In this document: positions 1-9,681 of the stretch, one piece after another
Layout: every line of letters begins with the position of its first letter
How positions within the stretch are numbered: position 1 is the first letter of the stretch
DNA from: an uncultured delta proteobacterium
GTDB lineage: Bacteria > Desulfobacterota > Desulfobacteria > Desulfobacterales > UBA11574
Length of the DNA stretch: 64,000 nucleotides
Reading direction: 5' to 3'
Assembly (NCBI GenBank): GCA_963790095.1
Contig: CAWBNO010000007.1
Location: forward strand, 15,852-79,851
The notes under the pieces: model-generated
The model's database searches: none
The model's input: the letters and a program-made list of their open reading frames with translations, nothing else
What the model was told of the DNA's origin: nothing
Position numbers and translations under genes: made by a program

Positions 1-1095
1 GCCCATACCCGGAAAGGGAAACTTACCGGGCAGCGGTTCGGTATCGTAATTAAAATCGATCAGAAAGGCCTTATCCAGTTCCGAAACGATGAAGCAGGTG
101 GAGTGGCCGTCGTATGCGGGTTTCGGTTCCTCTCCGTCTATTTCGAGCACCAGGTTTTCGGCGACAACCTCCGCTTCATAATGGGCCACAGACCCTGCTT
201 TGGATGTGGGCACGTTGGTGGCATCGCCGACCACATAGATATTATCATACTTTTCGGCCTTGAGTGTGTGAGGGTTCGTGAAAACGTACCCCATTCCGTC
301 GCCCAAACCTGAATTCTCTATGTAATCGGCGCCAAGATTCGGGAAGGTCGATATCAGCAAATCATAAGAAACCTTGTCGCCCCTTGCGGATTCTATGGTT
401 TTTTCCTCGGTGTTGTACTCGGCCAGATCAAAATTGGGCGTGACGATGATATTTTTTTCTTCCGCGGCAGAACTCATAATTTTAGTGGTAATCGGTTTGG
501 TAAAGATCCCGGTGGCGGGGGTTACCAACTCAATCTCGATGTTGTCTCTGACCCCCTTGTGGATAAAGTGTGCATTGGCCAAAAAAATAAATTCCATGGG
601 AACGACGGGGCACTTGTGGGGCATCTCGGCGACATTAAATACAATCCGGCCTTTTTTGAAATACTTCATTCTATGAAAGAGTGCCACAGCGCCTTCCACG
701 CTGAAGAACGTGTGAACGTCTCCTTTGGGGTCCGGCTTCCAGCCATCGAGCCCGTCAATATCATCGGGCGAAATATCGCAGCCGCTGGCGATGACCAGCC
801 AGTCGTAATCATAATGTCCCATTTTCGTTTCAACCCGCCGTTTATCCGGATCGACACCCACGACTTCGTCCAATACATACTTGACCCCTTTGGGGATGAA
901 TTCCCGCTTGGGCTTCATACAGTCCCGGGCGGTATAGATGCCGAAGGGAATAAACAACCAGCCGGGTTGGTAATGGTGCATGTCATCTTTGTCGATGATA
1001 GTGATTTGCCATTCGGTGGGGTTCAGCATCCGGTGCAGTTTTGCGGCGACCATGGTCCCGCCGGCCCCGGAACCTAAAATAAGAATCTTTTTCAT
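1..1095 (-). CDS. FAD-dependent pyridine nucleotide-disulfide oxidoreductase, sulfide:quinone oxidoreductase-like (partial, C-terminus beyond left edge)
   Basis: Own minus-strand translation from ATG 1095-1093 gives MKKILILGSGAGGTMVAAKLHRMLNPTEWQITIIDKDDMHHYQPGW (GxGxxG Rossmann start). Frame checked open at 781-900 (FIPKGVKYVLDEVVGVDPDKRRVETKMGHYDYDWLVIASG) and down to base 1 (IDFNYDTEPLPGKFPFPGMG). Absent from the ORF track because there is no stop inside the window. Confidence 0.75.
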   Translation of the reverse strand, partial: MKKILILGSGAGGTMVAAKLHRMLNPTEWQITIIDKDDMHHYQPGWLFIPFGIYTARDCMKPKREFIPKGVKYVLDEVVGVDPDKRRVETKMGHYDYDWLVIASGCDISPDDIDGLDGWKPDPKGDVHTFFSVEGAVALFHRMKYFKKGRIVFNVAEMPHKCPVVPMEFIFLANAHFIHKGVRDNIEIELVTPATGIFTKPITTKIMSSAAEEKNIIVTPNFDLAEYNTEEKTIESARGDKVSYDLLISTFPNLGADYIENSGLGDGMGYVFTNPHTLKAEKYDNIYVVGDATNVPTSKAGSVAHYEAEVVAENLVLEIDGEEPKPAYDGHSTCFIVSELDKAFLIDFNYDTEPLPGKFPFPGMG

Positions 1096-1183
1096 AAAAA
1101 TCTCCTTTTTAAATCTTGGGTTATTTTTAAACCTGGGTCGTAAATCCCGCCTTGCTTACAGCCTTGGTAGGTGAAAACGCCTA

Positions 1184-1594
1184 TTAAATTTTCTTATTCT
1201 CCAACAAACTGGCGATGGTAATGGCGTCCAATTCTCTGTACAGCGCCTCGGCGGCTTTTTTCCACCCCCGTCGAACCAGGCAGTCGTCACTCTGTGAGCA
1301 CTTTTTGGGGTTGCCGAGACAGTCGACGAGATCGGACTGCCCTTCAAACAGTCGGGTGACATCACCCAGGGTAATTTCATCCGGTTTTTTGGCCAGCATG
1401 TGGCCCCCTTTGGGTCCGCGGATGCTTTTTACGAATTTGGCTTTCTTGAGGGGACGGATGATCTGTTCGAGATATTTGATGGAAATATTCTGGCGGATGG
1501 CGATTTCGCTCATTTGGACGGCACCCTGCCCCTGACGCTGGGCCAGGTCGAGCAACAATCGAGCACCATAACGGGTTTTCGTTGTAAGTTTCAT
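1184..1594 (-). CDS. Rrf2-family transcriptional regulator (probable Fe-S type)
   Basis: MKLTTKTRYGARLLLDLAQRQGQGAVQMSEIAIRQNISIKYLEQII is a typical Rrf2 winged helix. Three-Cys site CLGNPKKCSQSDDC near the C-terminus. Start trimmed to internal ATG 1594 because the first 57 codons of the 193-aa ORF are AT-rich and unrelated. Confidence 0.85.
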   Translation of the reverse strand: MKLTTKTRYGARLLLDLAQRQGQGAVQMSEIAIRQNISIKYLEQIIRPLKKAKFVKSIRGPKGGHMLAKKPDEITLGDVTRLFEGQSDLVDCLGNPKKCSQSDDCLVRRGWKKAAEALYRELDAITIASLLENKKI

Positions 1595-1874
1595 AGACCC
1601 TAAAATAACACTTGTATTATAGATTAATTTAATATATATAATTTTAGTATGATTTAACTTGAGAGATTGAATTTTGTCAAGCAAAAAGTCGATGGCGTCC
1701 CCACACCGAAATAATAGAATGTGACAATAAATTATATTTTCCAAAGAATTGGGTTGTGTTTTCACGGTGTTCTGTTATGGATGAAAAGAAAGCCCAACCC
1801 TATCATCTGCAGTTTCATCCATCGACTTAAAATTTTGTTTTTCTGGGCCCAAACGATTTACAGCGGCAGGTCAA

Positions 1875-3698
1875 ATGGCAGAAAAATCGACCCACGTATC
1901 GTCTTCAAAAGATATCCTCAGATGGATCAACCCCCAGCTGTTTGCAGCGATCCCCTTGGGAATCGCCGTCATCGATTCGGATTACAATCTGGTGTATGCC
2001 AACAAAGCCTTCGAGGAATTGTTCGGCGCCTGGAAAAACCGTAAATGTTTCAGCGTTTACAAAAGCAACGATGACATGTGTTCCTACTGTGAAAGCGCAA
2101 TGACATTTAAAGACGGGGTGTCCCGGGTAAACGAAGAAATGGGGTATGACAAATATAAACGACCGATTCATTACTTACAGCACACAGCTCCCATCGTGGA
2201 CGAAAAGGGAAACTTTCCCTATATCGTACATATTTTCACCAACATCACCGAAGCGGCCCAGATTCGAGATGAGCATCAGATCCTCTACGACCAGGTTCCG
2301 TGCAACATTCTTTTAATTGACAAGGACTTCCGCATCGTAAAGGCCAATAAGCGACTTCGGGATTCCCTGGGCAACCCCCAGGGGAAACACTGTTTCGAAG
2401 CCCTCAAAGGCGTGAAAAAAAAATGTACCGAATGTACCGCCCGACAAACGTTTGCTGACGGTCAAATTCACACCGGATATCATGTTTGGAAAACCAAAAC
2501 CGGAAAAACCCTCCACCTGCATGTGATTACGGTTCCGCTGAAACGACCGGACGGCAGTTTTGATCTTGTTATGGAGATGGCCGTGGATGTGACCCAAACG
2601 CTGAAACTTCAAGATGATTTGAAATTTGCACATACGTTTCTGCAAACCATCATTTCAACGTCCATGGACGGCATATTCGCGGTCAACGAAAAGGGAAAGG
2701 TGACCATTTTCAACCCGGCGGCCCGCAACTTTTTTAAAATAAAGGACAACCAGATCGTTTCCAGAGAAGAACTTGCCGCCATGCTCCCCAACGGTTTTTT
2801 GGCAAAGGTGTCCGAGGAGCCCGGACATGTTTATCTCCCGGAAACCGCGGTCCGAACCAGTAACGGCAAAACGGTTCCCGTGCGTCTGATCGGCAACAAA
2901 CTCATGGCGGATGACGGTTCCATCGGCATGGCATTTTCAGCTCAGGATTTGAGCGAAATCAAACAGCTGGAAAGAGAAAAGCTCGAAGCCGAGCGCCTGG
3001 CAGCGGTCGGCCATACGGTTGCCGGATTGGCCCACGGCATCAAAAATCTTATCACCGCCCTTGAAGGCGGTATGTATATGCTGAACTCGGGCTTGGACAA
3101 AGGGAACATCGCGCGTATCCAGAAAGGCATGGAAATGCTGGCCCGGAATATTCAACGGATTTCCATATTCGTAAAAGCGTTTTTAAGCTTCTCCAAAGGC
3201 CGCGAGATTCAGGCCAAAATGAGCGATCCGGCAGACATCGCCGAAGAGGTTGTCGGGTTGTACACGGTTAAAGCCCATGAACTGGGCATCCACCTCATAA
3301 ACGAGAAAATAGGCCATATCTCCCCGGCTCCCATCGACTATGAAAGCATGCATGAATGCCTGACCAACCTTGTGGGAAACGCCATCGATGCCTGCCAAAT
3401 GAGTGACGGAAACGGGTGTCGGGTCACCGTTAGAACCTTTGAAGAGAACGGTACCATTGTATATGAAGTGGCGGACAACGGATGCGGCATGGATTATCAA
3501 GTAAAGAAAAAGGTTTTTACGACCTTTTTTACCACAAAGGGTTTGGGGGGCTCGGGTCTTGGATTGCTGATGACCCAAAAAATTGTTCACGAGCACGGCG
3601 GATCCATCGATTTGAAATCTGAATCCGGAAAAGGGACCACCTTTCGCATCCGACTTCCCCGACGGCGTCTGCCCAAACTCATTGAAAAAGAAGCATAG
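1875..3698 (+). CDS. PAS-domain sensor histidine kinase
   Basis: 607-aa ORF. H-box AAVGHTVAGLAHGIKN; ATPase boxes NLVGNAIDA, DNGCGM, GLGGSGLGL. N-terminal PAS-like repeats with Cys pairs. Confidence 0.85.
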   Translation: MAEKSTHVSSSKDILRWINPQLFAAIPLGIAVIDSDYNLVYANKAFEELFGAWKNRKCFSVYKSNDDMCSYCESAMTFKDGVSRVNEEMGYDKYKRPIHYLQHTAPIVDEKGNFPYIVHIFTNITEAAQIRDEHQILYDQVPCNILLIDKDFRIVKANKRLRDSLGNPQGKHCFEALKGVKKKCTECTARQTFADGQIHTGYHVWKTKTGKTLHLHVITVPLKRPDGSFDLVMEMAVDVTQTLKLQDDLKFAHTFLQTIISTSMDGIFAVNEKGKVTIFNPAARNFFKIKDNQIVSREELAAMLPNGFLAKVSEEPGHVYLPETAVRTSNGKTVPVRLIGNKLMADDGSIGMAFSAQDLSEIKQLEREKLEAERLAAVGHTVAGLAHGIKNLITALEGGMYMLNSGLDKGNIARIQKGMEMLARNIQRISIFVKAFLSFSKGREIQAKMSDPADIAEEVVGLYTVKAHELGIHLINEKIGHISPAPIDYESMHECLTNLVGNAIDACQMSDGNGCRVTVRTFEENGTIVYEVADNGCGMDYQVKKKVFTTFFTTKGLGGSGLGLLMTQKIVHEHGGSIDLKSESGKGTTFRIRLPRRRLPKLIEKEA

Positions 3699-3727
3699 GT
3701 GCCGGATACACGAAATTAAAAAAAGTG

Positions 3728-4111
3728 ATGCACAAAACCAAAAAAATTCTGATCGTCGATGATGAGCGGGATGTATTGACCTATTTTGAAGCCGTATTTC
3801 AAGATAACGGTTATGATACCGTATCGGCCGAAGACGGCATAGAGGGGTTCGAACGGGCCAAATCGGAAAAACCGGACCTGATTGTCCTCGATATCACCAT
3901 GCCGAAACAATCGGGATTAAAAACATACCGTCAATATAAAAGGCACCCTGCCTTAAAAAACATCCCGGTGATCATCGTTACCGCGGTCAACGACTCGTTC
4001 AAAGTATTGCTGGATGAACTCGAGGAGTTTGAACTTCCAAAAGGTATTTTTAACAAACCCATCGATCCACAGGCGCTGTTGAAAGTGGTTTCGGAAATAT
4101 TGTCAGATTAA
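3728..4111 (+). CDS. single-domain response regulator (receiver)
   Basis: KKILIVDDE ... DLIVLDITMPKQSG ... IIVTA receiver signature. ATG at 3728 preferred over GTG at 3725. Confidence 0.85.
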   Translation: MHKTKKILIVDDERDVLTYFEAVFQDNGYDTVSAEDGIEGFERAKSEKPDLIVLDITMPKQSGLKTYRQYKRHPALKNIPVIIVTAVNDSFKVLLDELEEFELPKGIFNKPIDPQALLKVVSEILSD

Positions 4112-4148
4112 ACAACCCATCTCATTTCTTCACATAAGGAGGTAAAAC

Positions 4149-4706
4149 ATGCCGGAAACATCTGAAAAAAAAATTCTTGTGGTGGATGATGAACCGGATG
4201 TTCGGAACTTTATCGCTGCTGTTTTAGAAGATGCCGGTTTCAACGTTGATACCGCCGTTGACGGCCTTGATGCGCTGGAAAAGGTTGAAGCGTTCTCTCC
4301 GGATTTAATGACTCTGGATATGGTGATGCCGAGAATGCCCGGAATCAAGGTGATTCGCACGTTGAGAAAAAATAAAAAATGGGCGAAACTACCCATAATT
4401 ATCATCACGGCCCATGCCCGGGACGAACTGGGAAGTGATCAAATCACGGAATTTATGGCGCTGACATCCAAAGTCAGTCCGAAAATCGTATTGGAAAAAC
4501 CCATCTCTCCGGCCAGTCTCGTGAACGCCATATGCCAAATTCTGGGATTGGCGCCCAAAGCTGTGGAAGCTGCGGACAAAGATCCTGCCGATGAACGGAA
4601 TAATCTGGCTAAATTAATTCAGGAAACCGATTCAGACACCTTGAGAAAAATACGTGAACTATTGAACAAAAAGAAAAAGAACGAACCGTATTTTCTTTTC
4701 GAGTAG
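4149..4706 (+). CDS. response regulator receiver protein with short C-terminal tail
   Basis: KKILVVDDEPDVRN ... DLMTLDMVMPRMPG ... IIIITA. GGAGG RBS at 4137-4141. Confidence 0.85.
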   Translation: MPETSEKKILVVDDEPDVRNFIAAVLEDAGFNVDTAVDGLDALEKVEAFSPDLMTLDMVMPRMPGIKVIRTLRKNKKWAKLPIIIITAHARDELGSDQITEFMALTSKVSPKIVLEKPISPASLVNAICQILGLAPKAVEAADKDPADERNNLAKLIQETDSDTLRKIRELLNKKKKNEPYFLFE

Positions 4707-4716
4707 GATTACAATT

Positions 4717-6291
4717 ATGCCGAACAAAAAAAATTCAATTGTTAACATTGCCCTTGTCGGCGGCGGAATCCTCTGTAGAGAAGTTTTAGAACAGACAACT
4801 TTTGATTTAACTCATGAGGATGTGAACGCCCCGGTTCTGGCAGTGGCAGATCCTGATACTCGGTCACCCGGCATGGTTCTTGCCGCAAAATTGGGCCTGT
4901 TAACCTTCACCGATTATCATGACCTGTATGATCCTCGCTACAACATTCACCTGATTATCATCCTGAGTCCTGAAGAGGATATTCTTGAGGACATTCTTGC
5001 AACACGGCCTTCCCGAATCCGAATCATGGCCTACAACGTCTTTGAGGTTTTCTGGAAAGCCCTTCATATTGAAGAACGCAAGTTAAGAAAGAGAAACGAA
5101 GAAATAGAGACCATCTTGAACGCTATTCAAGATTTTATTATGGTCATAACGCCCGACATGGATATTGTTGAAGTCAATGATGCATATCTTGAACAGATGG
5201 GCTATTCCCGTGAAAAAGTAATTGGCCGCAAGTGCCATGAAATCTACCAGCAAATCGTCTATCCCTGTGACAATTCAGAAATTGAATGCCCACTCAATGA
5301 GGTCATCCGAAACAAAAGGCCGTGCCGCCAGGTTCGAACCCGTGTGGGGCATGAAGGCGAACTTCTCCACATAGAAGTCAGCGTTTATCCCGTCTGGGAA
5401 AAGGATGGTAAAATCTCAAAGTTTATTCATATAAGCCGTGATATTACACAACAAAAAATGGAAGAGGAGGAAATCACTCGACGCCTGGAGCATATGGTAG
5501 AAGAACGAACACGGCAGTTAAAAGAAACCCACGATAAACTCCTTCATCAAGATAAGATGTCCTCACTGGGAAAGTTGTCTGCATCGGTTGTCCATGAAAT
5601 AAACAATCCCATCGCAGGCATACTCAATCTGACCATGCTCATCAAACGGATTATTGAAGAAGGATCGGTTGGTCAAGAAAAAGATCTTGAAAAATTCCTT
5701 TACTATTTGGGTCTCATGGAGACGGAAACCCGGCGAATCAGTCGAATTGTCAACAACTTGCTCACTTTTTCACGAGAATCCAATATGGAGTTTACAAAGT
5801 TAGACATAAACCGTTTGATCGAAAAAACACTGTTATTAAATGCAAATCTCCTCAAACTCAACGGCGTAAAGGTGGAAAAACATCTTAACCCTGATTTGCC
5901 TGAAATAATAGGATCAGAAGATCAGCTTCAACAGGTGTTCATGAATATTATTTCCAATGCCGCTGAAACCATCGAGGCTGCAGGAAGCGGTGTTTTGAGT
6001 ATTCAAACCCGGTACCTGCCAAAATCCGAGAGGATTGCCGCTATCTTTAAAGACACCGGAACGGTAATTCCCAAGGAAAATGTCTCTAAAATTTTCGAAC
6101 CCTTCTTCACGACCAAAAAAGAAGGTAAAGGTGTCGGGTTAGGGCTGTCTGTGGCTTACGGGATCGTCAGAGATCACAGCGGCACTATTTATGTTAAACC
6201 GGAGGAGGGAAAAGGAAACAGCTTCATCGTCAAACTTCCGCTGGAACAAAAACCTGTTACCCTTGACCAACAGGGAGGTCTCCATGGATAA
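4717..6291 (+). CDS. PAS-domain sensor histidine kinase
   Basis: 524-aa ORF. PAS block with Cys residues; H-box LSASVVHEINNPI; ATPase boxes NIISNAAE, KDTGTVIP, GKGVGLGLSV. Confidence 0.85.
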   Translation: MPNKKNSIVNIALVGGGILCREVLEQTTFDLTHEDVNAPVLAVADPDTRSPGMVLAAKLGLLTFTDYHDLYDPRYNIHLIIILSPEEDILEDILATRPSRIRIMAYNVFEVFWKALHIEERKLRKRNEEIETILNAIQDFIMVITPDMDIVEVNDAYLEQMGYSREKVIGRKCHEIYQQIVYPCDNSEIECPLNEVIRNKRPCRQVRTRVGHEGELLHIEVSVYPVWEKDGKISKFIHISRDITQQKMEEEEITRRLEHMVEERTRQLKETHDKLLHQDKMSSLGKLSASVVHEINNPIAGILNLTMLIKRIIEEGSVGQEKDLEKFLYYLGLMETETRRISRIVNNLLTFSRESNMEFTKLDINRLIEKTLLLNANLLKLNGVKVEKHLNPDLPEIIGSEDQLQQVFMNIISNAAETIEAAGSGVLSIQTRYLPKSERIAAIFKDTGTVIPKENVSKIFEPFFTTKKEGKGVGLGLSVAYGIVRDHSGTIYVKPEEGKGNSFIVKLPLEQKPVTLDQQGGLHG

Positions 6292-7630
6292 TACCAAGAT
6301 TCTTATCATCGATGATGAAATTATCATGCGAGAATCTTTGGCCGGCTGGCTTGAACGGGACGGCTACGAAATCGCCGTAGCGGCCAGCGGAGAAGAAGCT
6401 TTGGGAATATTAAAAGATTCGCGCTTTGATATCCTTCTGATAGATATCAAGATGGAGGGAATAAGCGGTCTTGATGTTTTAAACCAGGTCAAGGAAGATG
6501 ATCCTGATGTTGCTGTGGTTATGATAACGGCCTACGGGTCGATTTCTACGGCCATCGAGGCCATGAAGAAGGGAGCTTATGATTATCTTCTCAAACCTTT
6601 TGATCCGGATGCATTGGGTGTGCTTATTGAAAAAATAATTGAACATCAGGCTCAGGCTCGGGAAAATATTTTCTTGAAAGAACAGTACAAGGATCGAACC
6701 CGATTTGAGAGCATGATCGGCCAGTCCAAACCTATGCAGGAGATTTTTGACCTCATAGAGGACGTTGCTCCCATGGAATCTACGGTATTAATTTTCGGTG
6801 AAACAGGTACCGGCAAGGGATTGGCGGCGAAGGCAATCCACACCAAAAGCTCACAAGGTGACGGCCCTTTTGTCGTTGTTAACTGTGGGGCCATTCCCAG
6901 TCATATCATGGAAAGTGAACTTTTCGGCCACCAGAAAGGTGCCTTTACCGACGCCAAAGAAACAAGAAAGGGACGCCTTGAAATGGCCCATGGAGGCACA
7001 CTTTTTTTGGATGAAATCGGTGAAATAAGCATGAGAATGCAAATCGATCTGTTGCAGGTGCTGGAAGACCGCGTATTTTATCGCGTGGGGGGTACCCAAC
7101 CCCTTGAAGCATATTTCAGAGTCATTGCCGCCACAAATAGAAATATTGAAGACGCAATTAAAAATGGAATATTTCGGCAAGATCTGTACTACCGTCTGAA
7201 TGTGATCTCCTTTAAAATGCCCCCGTTAAGAGAACGAAAAGAAGATATCCCCCTTCTTTCTGAACACTTTCTTCATCGGTTTTCACAAGAAACGAACAAG
7301 CCCATAGAAAAGATCAGCCGCAATGCCATGGATGAAATGATGCTTTATGAATGGCCGGGGAACGTAAGAGAGCTGGAAAATGCCATTGAACGGGCTGTTG
7401 TCGTGGGCAAAGGCCACACCATTTTGCCCGATGATTTGCCCATTTTCTGCCGTGAACACGTATCACCCCAAAAAAACAACTCACTAAAAGAAGTTGAAAA
7501 AGCTCATATTTTTGAAATATTGAATGAGAATCAATGGAATATTGCAAAAAGTTCCAAAATGCTGGGAATAGACCGCTCCACGCTGTACAGTAAAATCAAA
7601 CGGTATAAATTAAGTAAACCGGCAGGGTAA
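6284..7630 (+). CDS. sigma-54-dependent response regulator (NtrC family)
   Basis: Receiver MDNTKILIIDDE; AAA+ Walker A GETGTGKG; GAFTDA (GAFTGA-type sigma-54 contact loop); ESELFGH; C-terminal Fis-type HTH. Start set to ATG 6284, an 8-nt overlap with the upstream kinase. Confidence 0.9.
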   Translation: MDNTKILIIDDEIIMRESLAGWLERDGYEIAVAASGEEALGILKDSRFDILLIDIKMEGISGLDVLNQVKEDDPDVAVVMITAYGSISTAIEAMKKGAYDYLLKPFDPDALGVLIEKIIEHQAQARENIFLKEQYKDRTRFESMIGQSKPMQEIFDLIEDVAPMESTVLIFGETGTGKGLAAKAIHTKSSQGDGPFVVVNCGAIPSHIMESELFGHQKGAFTDAKETRKGRLEMAHGGTLFLDEIGEISMRMQIDLLQVLEDRVFYRVGGTQPLEAYFRVIAATNRNIEDAIKNGIFRQDLYYRLNVISFKMPPLRERKEDIPLLSEHFLHRFSQETNKPIEKISRNAMDEMMLYEWPGNVRELENAIERAVVVGKGHTILPDDLPIFCREHVSPQKNNSLKEVEKAHIFEILNENQWNIAKSSKMLGIDRSTLYSKIKRYKLSKPAG

Positions 7631-7688
7631 TGCAGACCATTCCCACCACCCAAAACCATTATGATGGCGAATCACTCAACCCTATTAA

Positions 7689-8306
7689 ATGCCTGAAAAT
7701 AAGACTAAATATCATGACTTAGGCCCCATCTCACAACCTGTGACCCACAACGCCAATACCTTACGAAAAAATATCATCATTTCACCCATAGAAGATTTTG
7801 ATTCCAATCTTATTCGCCTGGTTGGCCGGGAAGTCCATCGGACATTCGGCTTCAGGACCCAAATAATGCCTCTTATGCAGCATGTTGATTTTGCCTTAGA
7901 TTCTGGCCGAAATCAGTATCATTCTACCGCCATCATCGGAAAACTGGCCGACCTGGTACCTTCCCAGGCCATCAAAATACTGGCGATTACCCGTGTGGAC
8001 CTTTATATCCCCATTCTGACACATGTTTACGGAGAAGCACAACTGGGCGGAAAAGCCTGCATTATTTCAACCCACCGTCTTAATGAAGGCCTTGGAATGG
8101 GCGTTTGGGAACCGTTTGGCCGGCGGGTAATAAAGGAGGCGATCCATGAACTGGGACACACCTTCAATCTCCGTCATTGTCAGAATTCCGCATGCTGCAT
8201 GCATTATTGCCGCAGTATAAAAGATGTAGATCGAAAATCAGAACAACTTTGTCGGTATTGCAAAGTACTTCTGGAAGATGAAATAAAAAGGCTGGCGGAA
8301 AAGTAA
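7689..8306 (+). CDS. amzA: archaemetzincin-type zinc metallopeptidase (peptidase M54-like)
   Basis: HELGHTFNLRHCQNSACCMHYCRSIKDVDRKSEQLCRYC matches the archaemetzincin signature HExxHxx(G)x3Cx4CxMx~17CxxC. Confidence 0.75.
   Translation: MPENKTKYHDLGPISQPVTHNANTLRKNIIISPIEDFDSNLIRLVGREVHRTFGFRTQIMPLMQHVDFALDSGRNQYHSTAIIGKLADLVPSQAIKILAITRVDLYIPILTHVYGEAQLGGKACIISTHRLNEGLGMGVWEPFGRRVIKEAIHELGHTFNLRHCQNSACCMHYCRSIKDVDRKSEQLCRYCKVLLEDEIKRLAEK
8278..8306 (+). repeat. 29-bp direct repeat copy 1 (putative attL core, overlaps amzA 3' end)
   Basis: ATGAAATAAAAAGGCTGGCGGAAAAGTAA is identical base for base to 25400-25428. Confidence 0.9.
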
Positions 8307-8326
8307 TCTGTTTGGGCTGTTTTTAC

Positions 8327-8424
8327 GGTTTTTTATCCTGTCCTCTGATCTTGTTTTTGTTTTTATATTATCAATGTGTTATTAGTTAACGTGTTGCTTC
8401 TTGATTAATGGTTTTTTATCCTGT
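8327..8424 (+). repeat. two copies of a 15-bp direct repeat, GGTTTTTTATCCTGT (8327-8341 and 8410-8424), just inside the island left end
   Basis: Exact 15-mer read twice, 83 bp apart, 20-120 bp from the 29-bp repeat. The arrangement resembles recombinase arm-type sites. Confidence 0.6.
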
Positions 8425-8895
8425 ATTTGGGTATTTTGGTTGCAAAATGGTAGCAACCAAATAACCTCTAACCCTCCGATATTCTTTATTTCCGGGGATA
8501 GGGAGACGTCCCCAAAAGGCGGTTTTCCTGAATCGCTTTCTCCTGACACTTCATCAGGACGCTACTGGAGGCCTAAATTGGAAAAAGATTACTTTCTAAC
8601 CTATTCAAATTCTTCCCTAAAAGACAATCCCAGCCACCTTAAAAGTTTTGTATATGAAATAATCTCTCTGGAAGAGCCTGATGAAATTCATCAAGATATT
8701 GATAAATATTTCGATATTTCTGATGCTAATCTTTTTCTTATAGAAAATAAAGAAGTGGATTTCAGAGAGGTCTCGTTAGGATCTTTCGGTACTAAAAGTT
8801 TTTTATCATTTGCAAAAAAGATTCCTTATTTATACGAATTCATTTTAATGAATTTGGGGGGAAGGAACCAAATCTTTCTTAAACAAGTTTTGTAA
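8401..8895 (+). CDS. hypothetical protein (weak call)
   Basis: 164-aa ORF in an AT-rich region. No recognisable motif and no clear RBS. Confidence 0.25.
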   Translation: MINGFLSCIWVFWLQNGSNQITSNPPIFFISGDRETSPKGGFPESLSPDTSSGRYWRPKLEKDYFLTYSNSSLKDNPSHLKSFVYEIISLEEPDEIHQDIDKYFDISDANLFLIENKEVDFREVSLGSFGTKSFLSFAKKIPYLYEFILMNLGGRNQIFLKQVL

Positions 8896-9054
8896 TTTAA
8901 ATTATTTCGTTCCAACTTTTCCATTTAAATTTTATCATAGATTTTTGGGTATCTTGATAATCATCTAAAAGGCACCTCCCAATCGCAAAAAAGGATACGA
9001 TTTGTTATAAGTGGTTAACGCAATTAACAACCATTTAACAAAAGGAGGTGCTCA

Positions 9055-9681
9055 ATGGAACTATATGCTGGATTAGATCTTCATTCAAGAAATACTTACA
9101 TCGGCATCATGGACAATGCATTTAATCGTGTGTTCAAAAAAAGAGTTCCGAATCATCTTGAACTCATCTTGCAAACATTAGATCTTTTTCGGGATCAAAT
9201 CAAAGGTTCTGTGGTTGAGTCCACCTACAACTGGTACTGGCTGGTGGACGGCCTTATGGATGCAGGATATTCATACGCCCATCTGGCTACTCCATCTGCG
9301 ATTAAACAGTATGAGGGATTAAAGCACAGTGATGATCAGCATGATGCATTCTTTCTGGCTCAACTTCTAATCTTGGGTATTTTACCCCAAGGATATATTT
9401 ATCCCAGGAAAGATCGGCCGGTGCGCAATTTGGCCCATAAACGGATGTTTTTTGTCCAACACAAAACGGCTCATATTTTAAGCTTACAATCATTAATTCA
9501 GCGATGCTGTAACATGAAAGTCAGAGCCAGTCATATGAGACATTTGACTGGCAAAGAATTGGAAATGTGGTTGTCCGTGCCGGCTATTGACGGGGGGCCA
9601 TGTGACGAACATGATGAACAACCGGTTGGACAAATCAAACGGCCGCCGGTTATATACCCTCAGATCGGATTAGCCGGATGA
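9055..9681 (+). mobile_element. IS110-family transposase, N-terminal (DEDD/RuvC-like) fragment only; truncated remnant
   Basis: MELYAGLDLHSRNTYIGIMD...VVESTYNWYWLVDGLMDAGYSYAHLATPSAIKQYEGLKHSDDQHDAFFLAQLLILGILPQGYIYPRKDRPVRNLAHKRMFFVQHKTAHILSLQSL is typical of IS110/IS1111-group transposases. Similarity ends near codon 175. The C-terminal catalytic domain is missing, and the ORF tail overlaps the next gene start. GGAGG RBS at 9044-9048. Confidence 0.75.

Noticed and set aside
103-1174. Plus-strand ORFs of 64-172 aa (for example 559-1077).
   Set aside because: They lie antisense to a continuous, motif-rich minus-strand SQR-like frame and have no recognisable motifs. They are shadow ORFs.
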